Source of the DNA: a virus
Direction: 5' to 3' (one strand)
Length of the DNA: 64,000 nucleotides
IMG/VR virus record: IMGVR_UViG_3300031673_000011
Coordinates: 22,567-86,566 of that record
The notes beneath the pieces are model-generated. The model made no database searches. It was not told where the DNA came from and was given only the letters and a program-made list of their open reading frames with translations. Below, one piece after another: positions 19,623-30,743 of this stretch (its first letter is position 1; each line of letters starts with the position of its first letter). The translations under genes and the position numbers were made by a program.

Positions 19623-19696
19623 CTTCTTAATGTCTTAGTGTAACTACTATTAAGTGGTGGGAAAGATTTATAAATGGTAAATCATTCTTTAAATAG

Positions 19697-20221
19697 ATGA
19701 AATTTAAAGAAATAATAATTTGGTTAGGAATATTTATTGTTGGAAGTTTAATTGTAACTTTTTTGATTTCTCCAGGAAGTTTTGATAGATTTAAGGATAA
19801 TGTTAAAGATATTACTGAAAAAGACATCATAAAACAAACTATAAATAAAACAACTACTTTAACTGAACCAGAAGATATACAAATTACAGAATGTTTAGAA
19901 AGATTTAATGAATGCAAAAGAATTTCTGAAACAAAAACTGGTGTTTCAATAAAAATTATTGAATATAAAAAATTTACAGAATATAATAAAGCATTAGAAT
20001 TTTACACAACATGGACTTCTCCATATACAAAATCTCTTATGGTTAGTGGAATGATGAAAAATTATTTTCTTCCAAAAGATAATTTTCCTATTGTTTTAAT
20101 TGCTTCATCTGCAAAATGGAACATTAATTCTGAATATGGTAATATTCAAGATTCTTATGTTGCTGTATGTGATTCAAATTATAATCTTGTGGAAACAACC
20201 AAAACATTGCATAATTGTTAA
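19697..20221 (+). CDS. membrane-anchored exported protein
   Basis: N-terminal TM; class-A promoter at 19640. Confidence 0.7.
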   Translation: MKFKEIIIWLGIFIVGSLIVTFLISPGSFDRFKDNVKDITEKDIIKQTINKTTTLTEPEDIQITECLERFNECKRISETKTGVSIKIIEYKKFTEYNKALEFYTTWTSPYTKSLMVSGMMKNYFLPKDNFPIVLIASSAKWNINSEYGNIQDSYVAVCDSNYNLVETTKTLHNC

Positions 20222-20288
20222 ACTTGTTACCCCTTTTGAGTGATTAGAAAGATTTAAATAGTCTTGTTTTCTTATTAAATTAGAAAAA

Positions 20289-20948
20289 ATGGTAAAATTA
20301 AAAGTTTTAAAATACAATAAGGAGAAGGCAAGATGGTTATTCTCTTTGCTAAAGTTCTCAGAACTTTTTGCTGTATTTTTATTTATATTCGGTTTTCATG
20401 GATTTGGTTATTTAATTTATAACAATTTCCCTAAATTTTATTTATGGTTTATACCTTCAGGAGTAGTTAATTTTTATTATTTATGGGTTTGTGGTATTAC
20501 CACAATTATCTTTGGAATTTTCGCTTTACTAATAACATTTTCAATATCATGGTTAATCTACTTAATAATTAAAAGTTGGGTTAAAGCTAATTGGAAATGG
20601 GCTAAAACTCTTGCAGAAGATAAAGAAGTTAAGGAAGAAAGATTGAATGAACAAAAGAAATTAGATGAAATAAAAAGAATAGAAAAATTAGAAAAACAAA
20701 GGGAAAAGTTTGGCTATTGTGTAGGAGATACAGCACTTAGAGTTAAAAATGGAACTTTTGGAAAGGTGGGGGATAAGTATAAGATAGATTATGTAGATTA
20801 TGATGGTGATATTGACTGCATATATGGTAATAAAAGTCGTAATTGTACTACAGAGAATTTTAAATTCATAAAGAATCAATTACCCAAGAAACCAAAGTTA
20901 AATCCAACAAGACAAAAAGAGGTTGATGATTTAAAGAAAACAAAATGA
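20289..20948 (+). CDS. 2-TM membrane protein with C-terminal SH3-like domain
   Basis: TM pair then NWKWAK, as in 10934/11227; class-A promoter at 20226. Confidence 0.7.
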   Translation: MVKLKVLKYNKEKARWLFSLLKFSELFAVFLFIFGFHGFGYLIYNNFPKFYLWFIPSGVVNFYYLWVCGITTIIFGIFALLITFSISWLIYLIIKSWVKANWKWAKTLAEDKEVKEERLNEQKKLDEIKRIEKLEKQREKFGYCVGDTALRVKNGTFGKVGDKYKIDYVDYDGDIDCIYGNKSRNCTTENFKFIKNQLPKKPKLNPTRQKEVDDLKKTK

Positions 20949-22568
20949 AAAAAACAACAACAGAAATTTTAAAGAAGATGGATAAAGATAAAGAGCAAAG
21001 AGAAAAATTAAAGAAGATAAGAAGAGAAAGAAATAAAATTAAGGAAAAAATAGAAATAAAAAAGCCACAAAAGAGAAGCATAGAAATAGTAGAGTATGAA
21101 GATGGAACTTTCTCTTTGATTGGTTATGCTTATAATTTGCATTTACAACGTGATGAAATTGAACTAGCTTTTAAAGCATGGCTAGACAATCTACTTGAAA
21201 ATGGGAAGCACTTATAAATAAAAAGTTTGAAAGGAGGGAAAAATATGAAAAATAAAGAAACAACTGGGTATGAAAGAGCAGGTATATCAAATCCTGCAAG
21301 ATTCTTTACAGGTATTGGAATGATATCTTTGGAAGTCATAGCTCTTTTCATAGTTTTTTTATCTCTTTTGAATTGGAGTTTTTTCACAAAACAAATTGCA
21401 GTAATTTTACTTATATCATTTTTGGTAATTATATATAATGTTTTTGCTGGTATTTTGATGTTAAAAGGTTCCAGGGAAAAGAATAGGAGATAAAATTGAA
21501 AAAGGAGGGAAATAATATGAATGAAGATAAAGCAGTTTTAAAATCAGTTTTATGTGCTTTGGCATTTATGCTACTAATAGGTGCTATTGTTATTGGATCA
21601 TCTTTAGTATCAAGCCATTACGAAGTAAAAGCATTTAATAGTATTCACGGAACAGAATATACGACTGGAGAATGGTTTTGGGCAGAACAAACAATTAAAG
21701 ATTATCATTTGGGAACTGTAGAAAATAAAAATTACCAAGTCGATGTAAATTTGAACGATGAAAGATTGAAAGGAGGTAATATAAAATGAGTGAAGATAAT
21801 GAATTAATTGGGATGTTCTTCATTGGTGTATTATTAGGAACATTCTTTTTCTTTTTAATATTAGTTGCATCAAATACATTTAATCCAGTAGAAAGGTTAA
21901 ACATAGACAAAGACCGAATGGTTTCTGACTATGTTAAATTAAATTACCCTGAGTTTGAAAATTGTTCCATAAAATATAAAACATATAATAATATGGATTG
22001 TGAATATTCTGTTAATGGAGCGGAAGTATATTGTAATGAAGGATTACAACCAAGAGATAGTTTAAGTATAATAGGAAACAACCCAGACAGTTTAGTTTGT
22101 TTTGAGGATGGTTTGACTATTAAAGATATCTTTAAATTGAGATTAAGAGAAGAGGGATTAATAGATGATTAAAAGTTTGAAAGGGGGTAGTATAAAATGA
22201 GTGAAAGAGAAAGAATACCAAAGTATAATCCAGCAGATTATAAGGCAGTAGAAGAAACAGCCAGAGGAATGTCAAAACCAAAACTTGAAGAGTATTATGT
22301 TAAAGATAGAGATAGAAGGCATATGAGTTGTGGGGAAGGATGGTGTATTTTTATTGGAATTGTTGCTTTAATCTTTTTTATAGGAGCAATGGGATATTTT
22401 ATTGCAGAAACAAAGATTGCACATGATGTTTCCAATAATATTGAAGATATTTCAGAAGATATTTGTCCAATCCTTGGTTCAGGGTATGTTTCAGATGAAT
22501 TTTTCAAGGATACAACAAGTTACACAAATAAAATAGTTTGCAATAGTATCAATTCTATTCCGAGATAA
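20945..22568 (+). other. cluster of five small, mostly membrane ORFs (20945, 21227, 21496, 21786, 22197)
   Basis: ORF track, RBSs, TM helices. Confidence 0.65.
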
Positions 22569-22609
22569 TAGAGCATCTATATTTGCCTGACTTTTTATAA
22601 GGAAAATTT

Positions 22610-22756
22610 TTATTTCTTTTTCTCTTTTCCTTTTTTTTGTTTCTCTTTTCTGATTCCATAAGAGAGTTCATTTTTCAATTGGAATATTTTTGGGGTTTCT
22701 GATGAGAGGAATTTAACTGTGGCCCTTTTTTCTTTTATTGATAACCTTATTGTCAT
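22610..22756 (-). CDS. small basic protein (48 aa), leaderless
   Basis: MTIRLSIKEKR...KEKKK*; ATG ~22 nt downstream of a minus-strand class-B TATA box. Confidence 0.45.
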   Translation of the reverse strand: MTIRLSIKEKRATVKFLSSETPKIFQLKNELSYGIRKEKQKKGKEKKK

Positions 22757-22775
22757 ACAATATACAGATGATTAA

Positions 22776-22843
22776 ATTATATAAATGTTTGTGGTAATTT
22801 AGCTGATTTCTGAAATCACTTAAAATCACAAACATTTAAATAA
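22776..22843. promoter_or_regulatory. back-to-back class-B promoters (CACAAACATTTAWATA)
   Basis: TATATAAATGTTTGTG (minus) and CACAAACATTTAAATA (plus). Confidence 0.75.
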
Positions 22844-22863
22844 TCTTATATACTGAATTCTCT

Positions 22864-23406
22864 ATGGAACAAAAAAATATAAACTTTTTAGTTTTAGCTT
22901 TTGTATTTCTAATTATAGGTGTAGCATTAATTGGTTCGGTTGCTTCAAATGTTAGTGATAGAACAGATAAAGTAACTATCCTCGATGAAGCATTAGACAT
23001 TAGTGCTGCTAGATTAGGAGATGCTATCTTAAGCATAGATGATACACATGCTTTTACCATAACTAATTACCCTACTAGTTGGAAAATTTTAGATTGTCCA
23101 ATTACTGACTTTGTATTTAAAAATCAAACAGGTGTTGCTACAACTGTAGCCTCAGACTATGCTTTTTTCCCAGCTAATGGAACTTTAGTATTAGTAAATT
23201 CATCTGTATACCATGATGATGGTACAATACAGATTCTTAATACAACAACTATGGATTATACATATTGTGCTGATGACTATCTTAATTCTACTTGGGGAAG
23301 ATCAGTATTAAACACAGTACCAGGTTTCTTTGCACTAGTCTTATTGGCTGGTTCATTATGGCTATTCTATAATGTTTTTAGGAATGTTGGAATTATCAAA
23401 GGATAA
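22864..23406 (+). CDS. spindle-virus capsid-like hairpin protein with inserted glycosylated domain
   Basis: FLVLAFVFLIIGVALIGSVASNV ... RSVLNTVPGFFALVLL; several N-x-S/T sequons. Confidence 0.6.
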   Translation: MEQKNINFLVLAFVFLIIGVALIGSVASNVSDRTDKVTILDEALDISAARLGDAILSIDDTHAFTITNYPTSWKILDCPITDFVFKNQTGVATTVASDYAFFPANGTLVLVNSSVYHDDGTIQILNTTTMDYTYCADDYLNSTWGRSVLNTVPGFFALVLLAGSLWLFYNVFRNVGIIKG

Positions 23407-23511
23407 AATTATATTAAGTTGAAATAGAAGAGAACTATTCTCTCTTCTTTATCTTGGTGTTACCACTTTTAAGTGATTAGAAAGATTTATAAAGGGTGAA
23501 TCTTTGTTAAT

Positions 23512-23928
23512 ATGATGGAAAATAAGAACTGGAAAATTTTTATATTATGTTTTATAGTAGTTCTTTTAATGATCTTTTTAGTCTTTTTAACAGTAGAATT
23601 ATTTAATAATGAATTCGCAAATGTTAATACAAATGAATCTATAAATGTTGACACAAGTGTTGATGTTAAAAATGTGATAGAATATATGAAAGATAATAAT
23701 ATTACTATCTATGGTTCTACGAAATGTTCTTATTGTCAAAAACAATTAAAAGAGTTTCAACCATATCAGGAAGAAGCTATTGAAGAAGGGGTTTTTATTT
23801 TTTGTGATTTAAATCAGGATATAGGTTGTATAGGAATAGAATCGGTTCCTTCTTGGAAAAAGGATGGAAAGATAGTTCATGAAGGATACTTACCACTTGA
23901 AAGTATTGGGGAAAACTATTCATGGTAA
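23512..23928 (+). CDS. membrane-anchored thioredoxin/glutaredoxin-like protein
   Basis: YGSTKCSYCQKQ, GIESVPSW. Confidence 0.8.
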   Translation: MMENKNWKIFILCFIVVLLMIFLVFLTVELFNNEFANVNTNESINVDTSVDVKNVIEYMKDNNITIYGSTKCSYCQKQLKEFQPYQEEAIEEGVFIFCDLNQDIGCIGIESVPSWKKDGKIVHEGYLPLESIGENYSW

Positions 23929-23961
23929 ATATTTATACAATTGAAAAGGAGGTGAAATAAA

Positions 23962-24282
23962 ATGTCAAATTTAAAAGAAACAGCACAGGCATATGAGCCA
24001 AAGAAAACACTTAACATTGCAGATTTAGATAGAGTTGACCTTACTTGGCCTGTTGAAAGTAGAACAGGTGTAACAGTAAAACAAGATGAAGAAGGAAAAG
24101 ATTATGAAGAATCTTATTCATATAAGGTTATGATTGTTAATGAGATAGAATATAGGGTTCCAAACACTGTGCTTGAAGAAATACAGAAGATGGTTGAATT
24201 AGTACCAGAATTACAATTTGTTAATGTTGATAAAACAGGTTCTGGTTATGGAACAAAATATTCTGTAAAGAAAGTAAAATAA
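23962..24282 (+). CDS. putative ssDNA-binding (OB-like) protein
   Basis: EYRVPNTVL..I and V.KTGSGYGTKYSV; strong GGAGGTGA RBS. Confidence 0.5.
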   Translation: MSNLKETAQAYEPKKTLNIADLDRVDLTWPVESRTGVTVKQDEEGKDYEESYSYKVMIVNEIEYRVPNTVLEEIQKMVELVPELQFVNVDKTGSGYGTKYSVKKVK

Positions 24283-24449
24283 TTACCAACTTTACAAAAT
24301 AAATTTATTATTTTTTGCCCCAATGTTTGTGGGGTTCATATTCATAAAAATGAAAAAAAAGAAAACTAAAATAGGTTTAGGCCAAAGAGTTGAACCAAAA
24401 ACAATTCCTGCAATAAGGAAAGGAAAACAAATATGGAAAAAGAATTAAA

Positions 24450-24839
24450 ATGGAAAAGAAAAAAGAACCACTAAGAATACAAATGAGAGAAAATCCTTGG
24501 ATAGTTTGGACATTTGCTTTGGGAATATTATTTGTTTTAATGTGTGTAATAAGTATTTATAAAACAGAAGTTAAAACAGAAAACGAAATACTTTGTTCTG
24601 TAATTGGAGCAACTCCAGCATGGGCAGATGCTAATGGGAAACTTATTTCTTATGGGGCTATAATACCAACAGAGCAATCAATAGATTTAGTAGGGGCTGT
24701 ATTAATCCCAGAGAGAATAAAGCTTCTTTATGTTCCAGGATGTAGTGCTTGCCAAAATCAAATTAATTACTTTAAGGAACAAGGCACTTGGGATAATTAT
24801 GTAAAGGAAGGTTTAACTGTGGATTGCAGTAAATATTAA
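24450..24839 (+). CDS. membrane-anchored thioredoxin-like protein (CSAC)
   Basis: TM plus LYVPGCSACQNQ. Confidence 0.6.
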   Translation: MEKKKEPLRIQMRENPWIVWTFALGILFVLMCVISIYKTEVKTENEILCSVIGATPAWADANGKLISYGAIIPTEQSIDLVGAVLIPERIKLLYVPGCSACQNQINYFKEQGTWDNYVKEGLTVDCSKY

Positions 24840-24840
24840 A

Positions 24841-25218
24841 ATGAACACAAAAAAATATATTGAAATGGTTAATAGGGCAGTAAAGGAGGGAAAGCATAAT
24901 AGACCAATAAAAGTAGTTTATACAAAAAACAAACCTATAACAGAAGGGCAACAAGGAGTTGCTTCTCATATTAATATGAAAAAATATGATAGAATTGCTA
25001 TTTGGAAAGGATTACCAAGAAATTATGAGGAGAAAATTAAAAGAGAAAAAGAATTAAGTGAAAAATTAGGAAAAAAAGTTGAAGTGATTACAAGAGAAGA
25101 TGCTCTTAGGCATGAATTATGGCACGTTCATAAACCTTATGCTTCGGAAAAAGAAATAAGATGTAAATTAGAAAAAAAAGATTTACCAAATAAATTACCA
25201 ACAAGGAGAAGATTCTAA
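24841..25218 (+). CDS. basic protein with HExxH (zincin-like) motif
   Basis: ALRHELWH. Confidence 0.55.
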   Translation: MNTKKYIEMVNRAVKEGKHNRPIKVVYTKNKPITEGQQGVASHINMKKYDRIAIWKGLPRNYEEKIKREKELSEKLGKKVEVITREDALRHELWHVHKPYASEKEIRCKLEKKDLPNKLPTRRRF

Positions 25219-25350
25219 TGATAATACACAACTCAAACGAATGTCTATGTAATGAATCACTTTCAAATGGAAATGAAAAATAAACTTATTATTTTTTTAC
25301 CCGAATGTTAGTCGGGTTCATAATCATAAAAAACAAAAGGGAGGTATAAA

Positions 25351-25659
25351 ATGTATATAGAATTACAAGGAAAAGAACTTAAGAAAGATTGGAAAGCTTT
25401 AGCAAAGAGTGCAAAAGAAAGTGACCCAAATGATAAAAGTATTGGAGAAGAAGAGAGATTATTAATTGATAATGATGAAGAAGAAATTGTAGCTTTAGAA
25501 TTTAATGAAGCTGATGAAAAAATATTCTTTGCTTTTACAAATAAGTATGGATATTTTTCATTCAGTATTCCTTTGAATGATGGTTTGATGTTTGAAATTG
25601 TAGAATGCTTAAAATCAAAAGGGAAAAAAATAGAAAGGTTAATTGATTTGAACAAGTAA
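25351..25659 (+). CDS. hypothetical protein
   Basis: GGAGGT RBS, 102 aa. Confidence 0.65.
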   Translation: MYIELQGKELKKDWKALAKSAKESDPNDKSIGEEERLLIDNDEEEIVALEFNEADEKIFFAFTNKYGYFSFSIPLNDGLMFEIVECLKSKGKKIERLIDLNK

Positions 25660-25683
25660 AATAATTAAGCACTATAAATTAAA

Positions 25684-27204
25684 ATGAAAAACAAAGTTTT
25701 ATTAATCACATCTACATTTGAAAATCCAATTGCTATATCAAAAGTTAATAATAATATTGGAGAGGAAAAATTTGGTTATGAGGAAGTAGAGAAACAGCAT
25801 TATGCTATTGGTCTGGCATATATCCATTCCTATATAGAATCAAAAGGATATTGTGTTGAGGGCCTTTATTTGAATAGTTACCCCTTTGAAGAATGCTTGG
25901 AAAGGATAAAAAATAAGTTGGAGTATTTTTCTCCAGACTTTGTAGGGATTCAGATTTTTTCTGTCAATAGAATTAGTAGTTATAAAATAATAGAATATAT
26001 AAGAGAAAATTATCCAAAAATAAAAATAATAGTAGGAGGATTACACGCTACTTTAATGTATCATCAAATCTTAGAAAAATATCCCTTTTTAACAATAGTA
26101 ATTGGAGAGGGAGAACTAACCTTTGTAGAATTACTTAATAGTTTTAAAGAAGGCAAGAAGAATATGAGGAATATAAAGGGGATTGCATATAAGATAAAAG
26201 GTAAAGTAATTGTAACAGATTCAAGACCATTAATAGAAAATCTTGATGAACTTCCATATCCTAAGCACGAAGTTTTTTTTAGGGAAAACAGGTCACAAGC
26301 TTGCCTTTTAACAACAAGGGGATGCCCTTTTAAATGTAGTTTTTGTTGTATGAATCCACTTACTAAAAGACGAGTTCGTTTTAGATCTGTTAAAAATGTT
26401 GTGGATGAAATAGAATATCTCGCAAAATCTTTTAAAAAAATTAAATTAATTTGGATACATGATGAAACATTTACCTTGGATAATAATAGGGTTATACAAA
26501 TTTGTGATGAAATAATAAAGAGAGGAATAAAAAAGGAATTTATAGCAAGTGGAAGAATAAAACCAATTTCAAAAAAGATGATAAAAAAAATGGAAGAAGC
26601 CAATTTTAAATATCTTATACTTGGGGTTGAAAGTGGATGTGATGATATTTTGAAAAAAGCACATAAAGGAATAACAAAAAAGGATATTGTAGAAACATTT
26701 AAATTATTCAAGAATTCTAAAGTAATCCTGAAAATTTTTATAATCATTGGACTGCCTGGAGAAACAAAAGAAACCATTATAGAAACTTCAAAATTCGTAA
26801 GGGATTTACAGAAGATAATATATATTTCTTTGGGTGATACTGCAAATTACTTAAGAATTTATCCAGGAGCAGAAGTGTATGAAATAGCAAAGGAAGCAGG
26901 TATTATAAGTGATAAATACTGGCTAACAGAACTTTCATCTCCAATCTTTACATTAGAAAATTCCCTTGAAACTCTTAATGAGTTTGGAGAGATTTTTATT
27001 AACTATACTGCATGGAGTAGAATGTTTAGATTAAAAGGATTTATCCATCAATGGATGATGATACCATACTTTTTGAAATATTTATTAACAACTAAACGCA
27101 AATTGCTATTACAAAAGATATTCTTTTTCATAAAATTAAATAAAGAGGGCATTTCTCCTCCCAATCCTGAAGGAATGGGTATCCGAAATGGGAGAATTAT
27201 ATGA
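25684..27204 (+). CDS. cobalamin-binding radical SAM protein (class B methyltransferase-like)
   Basis: GLAYI, IIVGGLHAT, GEGE, TRGCPFKCSFC, GVESG, IIGLPGET. Confidence 0.93.
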   Translation: MKNKVLLITSTFENPIAISKVNNNIGEEKFGYEEVEKQHYAIGLAYIHSYIESKGYCVEGLYLNSYPFEECLERIKNKLEYFSPDFVGIQIFSVNRISSYKIIEYIRENYPKIKIIVGGLHATLMYHQILEKYPFLTIVIGEGELTFVELLNSFKEGKKNMRNIKGIAYKIKGKVIVTDSRPLIENLDELPYPKHEVFFRENRSQACLLTTRGCPFKCSFCCMNPLTKRRVRFRSVKNVVDEIEYLAKSFKKIKLIWIHDETFTLDNNRVIQICDEIIKRGIKKEFIASGRIKPISKKMIKKMEEANFKYLILGVESGCDDILKKAHKGITKKDIVETFKLFKNSKVILKIFIIIGLPGETKETIIETSKFVRDLQKIIYISLGDTANYLRIYPGAEVYEIAKEAGIISDKYWLTELSSPIFTLENSLETLNEFGEIFINYTAWSRMFRLKGFIHQWMMIPYFLKYLLTTKRKLLLQKIFFFIKLNKEGISPPNPEGMGIRNGRII

Positions 27205-27342
27205 CGAACCTAATAACTGCTTTAATGGGAATATTGGATATTCTTGCAGGAATTTTGATACTTCTTATTGCATTTGACAAGATTTTCTTTATAATAATTG
27301 CAAGCTTGATAATATTAAAAGGGGGGATAAGTTTTTTTTAGA

Positions 27343-27900
27343 ATGGTGAATTATAATTATTATCTAGATAAACTTTTTGGAATAGAAGTTATAAGAATTT
27401 TTCCAAGAGAAGCAATTAAATATGCAAAAGATTATTTTCAAAATAAAGAAATTATTGCTCTTGAGATTGGAACATTAAAAGGAGAAAATACAAAATCAAT
27501 GTTTAAAAAATTAAATATAAGTAAGATTTATTTAATAGACCCTTATATAATTTACAATGGTCTTGATAGGGTATATGCTTATAGAAGTTGTAAAAAAGAA
27601 GCAATAAGAAGATTAAATAAGTTTAGTGATAAGATTAATTGGATTTTTAAATTATCTTCTGAAGCAATTGAAGATATAAAAGAGAAAGTTGATTTTATTT
27701 ATATTGATGGCAACCACGATTATTCTTTTGTGAAAGAAGACTTAGAGAATTATTGGGAAATTTTAAATATGGGGGGAATTATGTCTGGGCATGATATACA
27801 ATGCGAAGATGTTAGTAGAGCTGTTTTGGAATTTGCAAGAAAGAAAAACCTACAGGTTCTTTTCGGAGAAAGAAGAGATTGGTGGATAATAAAATGTTAA
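27343..27900 (+). CDS. class I SAM methyltransferase (Methyltransf_24-like)
   Basis: LEIGTLKG, LIDPY, DFIYIDGNHDY, GGIMSGHD. Confidence 0.88.
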   Translation: MVNYNYYLDKLFGIEVIRIFPREAIKYAKDYFQNKEIIALEIGTLKGENTKSMFKKLNISKIYLIDPYIIYNGLDRVYAYRSCKKEAIRRLNKFSDKINWIFKLSSEAIEDIKEKVDFIYIDGNHDYSFVKEDLENYWEILNMGGIMSGHDIQCEDVSRAVLEFARKKNLQVLFGERRDWWIIKC

Positions 27901-28484
27901 AATTAAAAGAGGAAATCATTAAAATGAAGAAAAGAATCAAATTTTTATTATGGCTTTTTAAAATTAAAAAATCAATTAGTCCTCCCCACCTTGTTAAAGA
28001 AAGAACAGTAAGATTTTACGGGAAAAAATATAAAATGACTGCTTTGGTTGAAACTGGAACTTATGAAGGGGAAATGGTTTCTGCGTTGAAAGAAGATTTT
28101 GAAAAAATATTCTCAATAGAATTGGATAAAACCTTAGCGACAAAGGCTAAAGAAAAATTTTCAAAAGATAAGAAGATTAAAATTATTTGTGGTGATAGTG
28201 GAGAAGAATTGAAAAATATATTAAAAATGAATCCCCATCCTTGTTTATTCTGGTTAGATGCACATTATAGTGGTGGTATAACTGCAAGAGGAAAAAAAGA
28301 AACTCCTATTGCTGAAGAATTAAAAGAGATTGTAAAACATTCAAAGAGAAATGTTATTTTAATTGATGATGCCAATGAGTTTGGGAAAGGGGATTATCCT
28401 TCATACGAAGAGATAAAAACAATCCTTAAAGGAGAATTTAACATACAAACAAAAAATAATATAATTAGGATTTGTCCAAAATGA
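27894..28484 (+). CDS. SAM-dependent methyltransferase-like protein
   Basis: VETGTYEG, SIEL, GDS, FWLDAH, ILIDD. Confidence 0.8.
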   Translation: MLKLKEEIIKMKKRIKFLLWLFKIKKSISPPHLVKERTVRFYGKKYKMTALVETGTYEGEMVSALKEDFEKIFSIELDKTLATKAKEKFSKDKKIKIICGDSGEELKNILKMNPHPCLFWLDAHYSGGITARGKKETPIAEELKEIVKHSKRNVILIDDANEFGKGDYPSYEEIKTILKGEFNIQTKNNIIRICPK

Positions 28485-29386
28485 TAAAACAAGATATTGA
28501 AATAGAAAAATTTGTAATTCCTTTTTCTAAGGGGGGACTTGGAGGTAGATTAAAATGTTTATTATATTCTAAAGAGATATTTTCAAATACAAAAAGAAAG
28601 ATATTACTCTATTGGGAAAATAACAAGTATTGTAATTGTAATTTTTCTGACTTATTTGATAAAGATATTGTAGAAATATCAAAAGAAGAATTAAGAGAGA
28701 TAATTAAAAGGGATAATTTTCAAATATTAACAAAAGATATAGATAATGAAAAAAAGTATATCTTGATTGGAGATTTAGGTAGAGCCTTTGCAGGATTTTA
28801 TGGTTCATTGGATATTCCTTTAGGAGAGAAGTTAAAAGAATTAAATATAAAGAAAGAAATACAGGAAGAAATTAATCAATATAAACTTCCAGAAGATGTT
28901 ATTGGGGTTCATATAAGAAGGGGAGATTTTAGGACAATTCCTGTGGGGGAGGTTTCTACAGATGAAAGGTTTATTGAAGCAATGAAAAAGGAGATTAAAT
29001 TAAATAAGAGAGTTGTATTTTTTTTAGCGACAGATGAAAAAGAAACAGAGGATAAGTTTAAGAGAATATTTGGTAATAAAATAATTTCCCATACCAAACA
29101 AATAGAAGAAAATTCTTTTAGGGAAGGAACTATTAAGGATGCTTTGATTGAATTATTATTATTATCAAAATGCAAAAAGATATTGGGGAGCTTTGGTAGT
29201 ACATTCTTGGAAATTGCGTGGGAATTTGGATATAGAATACCAAAGATTATAATTGTTAAAGATGAAGAAAGATTAAAAATATGCAAAGTAAAAGAGAGAG
29301 GGAAAGATAATTGGTTTAACCAAATTAAAAAAATGATATATGAAACTATCACCCCTTTACATATAAGACTATTAGATAAAATTTAG
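28481..29386 (+). CDS. GDP-sugar (fucosyltransferase-like) glycosyltransferase
   Basis: GGLGGRL, GVHIRRGDF, FLATD, ELLLLSKC..I.GS..STF. Confidence 0.82.
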   Translation: MIKQDIEIEKFVIPFSKGGLGGRLKCLLYSKEIFSNTKRKILLYWENNKYCNCNFSDLFDKDIVEISKEELREIIKRDNFQILTKDIDNEKKYILIGDLGRAFAGFYGSLDIPLGEKLKELNIKKEIQEEINQYKLPEDVIGVHIRRGDFRTIPVGEVSTDERFIEAMKKEIKLNKRVVFFLATDEKETEDKFKRIFGNKIISHTKQIEENSFREGTIKDALIELLLLSKCKKILGSFGSTFLEIAWEFGYRIPKIIIVKDEERLKICKVKERGKDNWFNQIKKMIYETITPLHIRLLDKI

Positions 29387-29741
29387 GAGGTTTATAAAAT
29401 GATAAAAAAAATATTTACTTGGATTGGTGGGATTATAAACATAATTTTAATTCTAGCATTAATTTTATACCCTTGGATAGTTAAAGGTGAAAATCCAATT
29501 ACATTTTATTGGAGTTGTCTAAGGGAGCTTTGGCAAGTGATAAAAGAACCTGGATTATTAAGTAAATTCATTAGTTTGTTCAATTGAAAGGAGGTATAAA
29601 ATGTCAAGAGATAAAAAGATAAAGAAAAGTGTTGATAAAATCCATAAAGAAGCAGATAAGATAGAAAAAGAAGTTGCACCAAAGAAGGTATCAATGTATG
29701 GTGATCCAATCGTGAAGATTTTCTAAAACATTTTTTAACAA

Positions 29742-30473
29742 ATGGTTAAAACTTATAGTGGTAAATCTCCTAGAAATGCAAGGATAAAGATAGATTATAC
29801 AGGAGAATGTCCTTCTGTAAGTTTTAAATATCCAAGGAAAGATGGTTATGTGGGATCTATGACTCATTTAGTATTTCTTGTTTGGATTTTATTTTGTTCG
29901 ATTTGTTATATTTTTTTTAGTTTGACTGTACTTGTCCAAGATATCTCGCAAGATATTTCACAAAATAATACTTCAGTTAATGAAACACTAGTTAATGGTT
30001 ATGGAAATGAAACTTATTTAATGGATAAAAGTGAATTAATAAGAAATATTTTAACTTTATTAATACTTTTTATCCCACCACTAATTATCAATAAACTATT
30101 TAAAAAGAAGTTAAATGCTTTGTTCCCAATATATCAAGCATGGAGAGCAGACAAAAAGTATGTTGAATTTAAAGCTAAAGATATAAAGACTTCAATAGTA
30201 AATGGAAAAAAAGAAATTTATGTTGAAATCCCCTACTTTCAAAATATAATTCTAAAATATGAAGCAACTAAAGACTTTTCAAAATATTTGGATATCATGG
30301 AAATAAAAGAACAAAACTTTAAAACAAAAGAATATTCTAGTAAGGAGAAGAAATGGAAAGAAAGAAAAAAGAAGAAAAGAAAAGTTAAAAAACAAAATGA
30401 ATGGTATTGGTATGCTAAATTTTACTTTAATGAAGTTCCAAAAAATGGGAAATTAAGTGTAATTTACAAGTGA
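29742..30473 (+). CDS. 2-TM membrane protein
   Basis: 243 aa, TM pair flanking a loop with sequons. Confidence 0.7.
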   Translation: MVKTYSGKSPRNARIKIDYTGECPSVSFKYPRKDGYVGSMTHLVFLVWILFCSICYIFFSLTVLVQDISQDISQNNTSVNETLVNGYGNETYLMDKSELIRNILTLLILFIPPLIINKLFKKKLNALFPIYQAWRADKKYVEFKAKDIKTSIVNGKKEIYVEIPYFQNIILKYEATKDFSKYLDIMEIKEQNFKTKEYSSKEKKWKERKKKKRKVKKQNEWYWYAKFYFNEVPKNGKLSVIYK

Positions 30474-30528
30474 TGTTACCCCTTTTAAGTGGTGGGAAAC
30501 ATTTAAATACTCTTGATTTATTAATATA

Positions 30529-30735
30529 ATGGGAAAAATGGTAAGTAATAAGGTTGATTCTAAGAAAGTATTTGTTCATTATTTGGATAGAGATAGAAGT
30601 GGAAAAGACTTTGATGTTCAAGGATATTTTGAAGTAATAGAAGAAGGAGAAAAATTTTTAGTGATTAAGTCAGAAAAAAATACAATTAAGATTCCTTATG
30701 GAAGGTTAATAAAGATGAAAGGGGGTAATAATTAA
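30529..30735 (+). CDS. small beta protein, possibly Sm-like
   Basis: FLVIKSEKNTIKIPYGRLIKM; class-A promoter at 30475. Confidence 0.5.
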   Translation: MGKMVSNKVDSKKVFVHYLDRDRSGKDFDVQGYFEVIEEGEKFLVIKSEKNTIKIPYGRLIKMKGGNN

Positions 30736-30743
30736 GATATAAG

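Noticed and set aside
26064-26777. 237-aa minus-strand ORF and similar antisense ORFs (e.g. 17566, 28909, 39895, 53748)
   Set aside because: Shadows of well-supported genes on the opposite strand; no motifs or RBS
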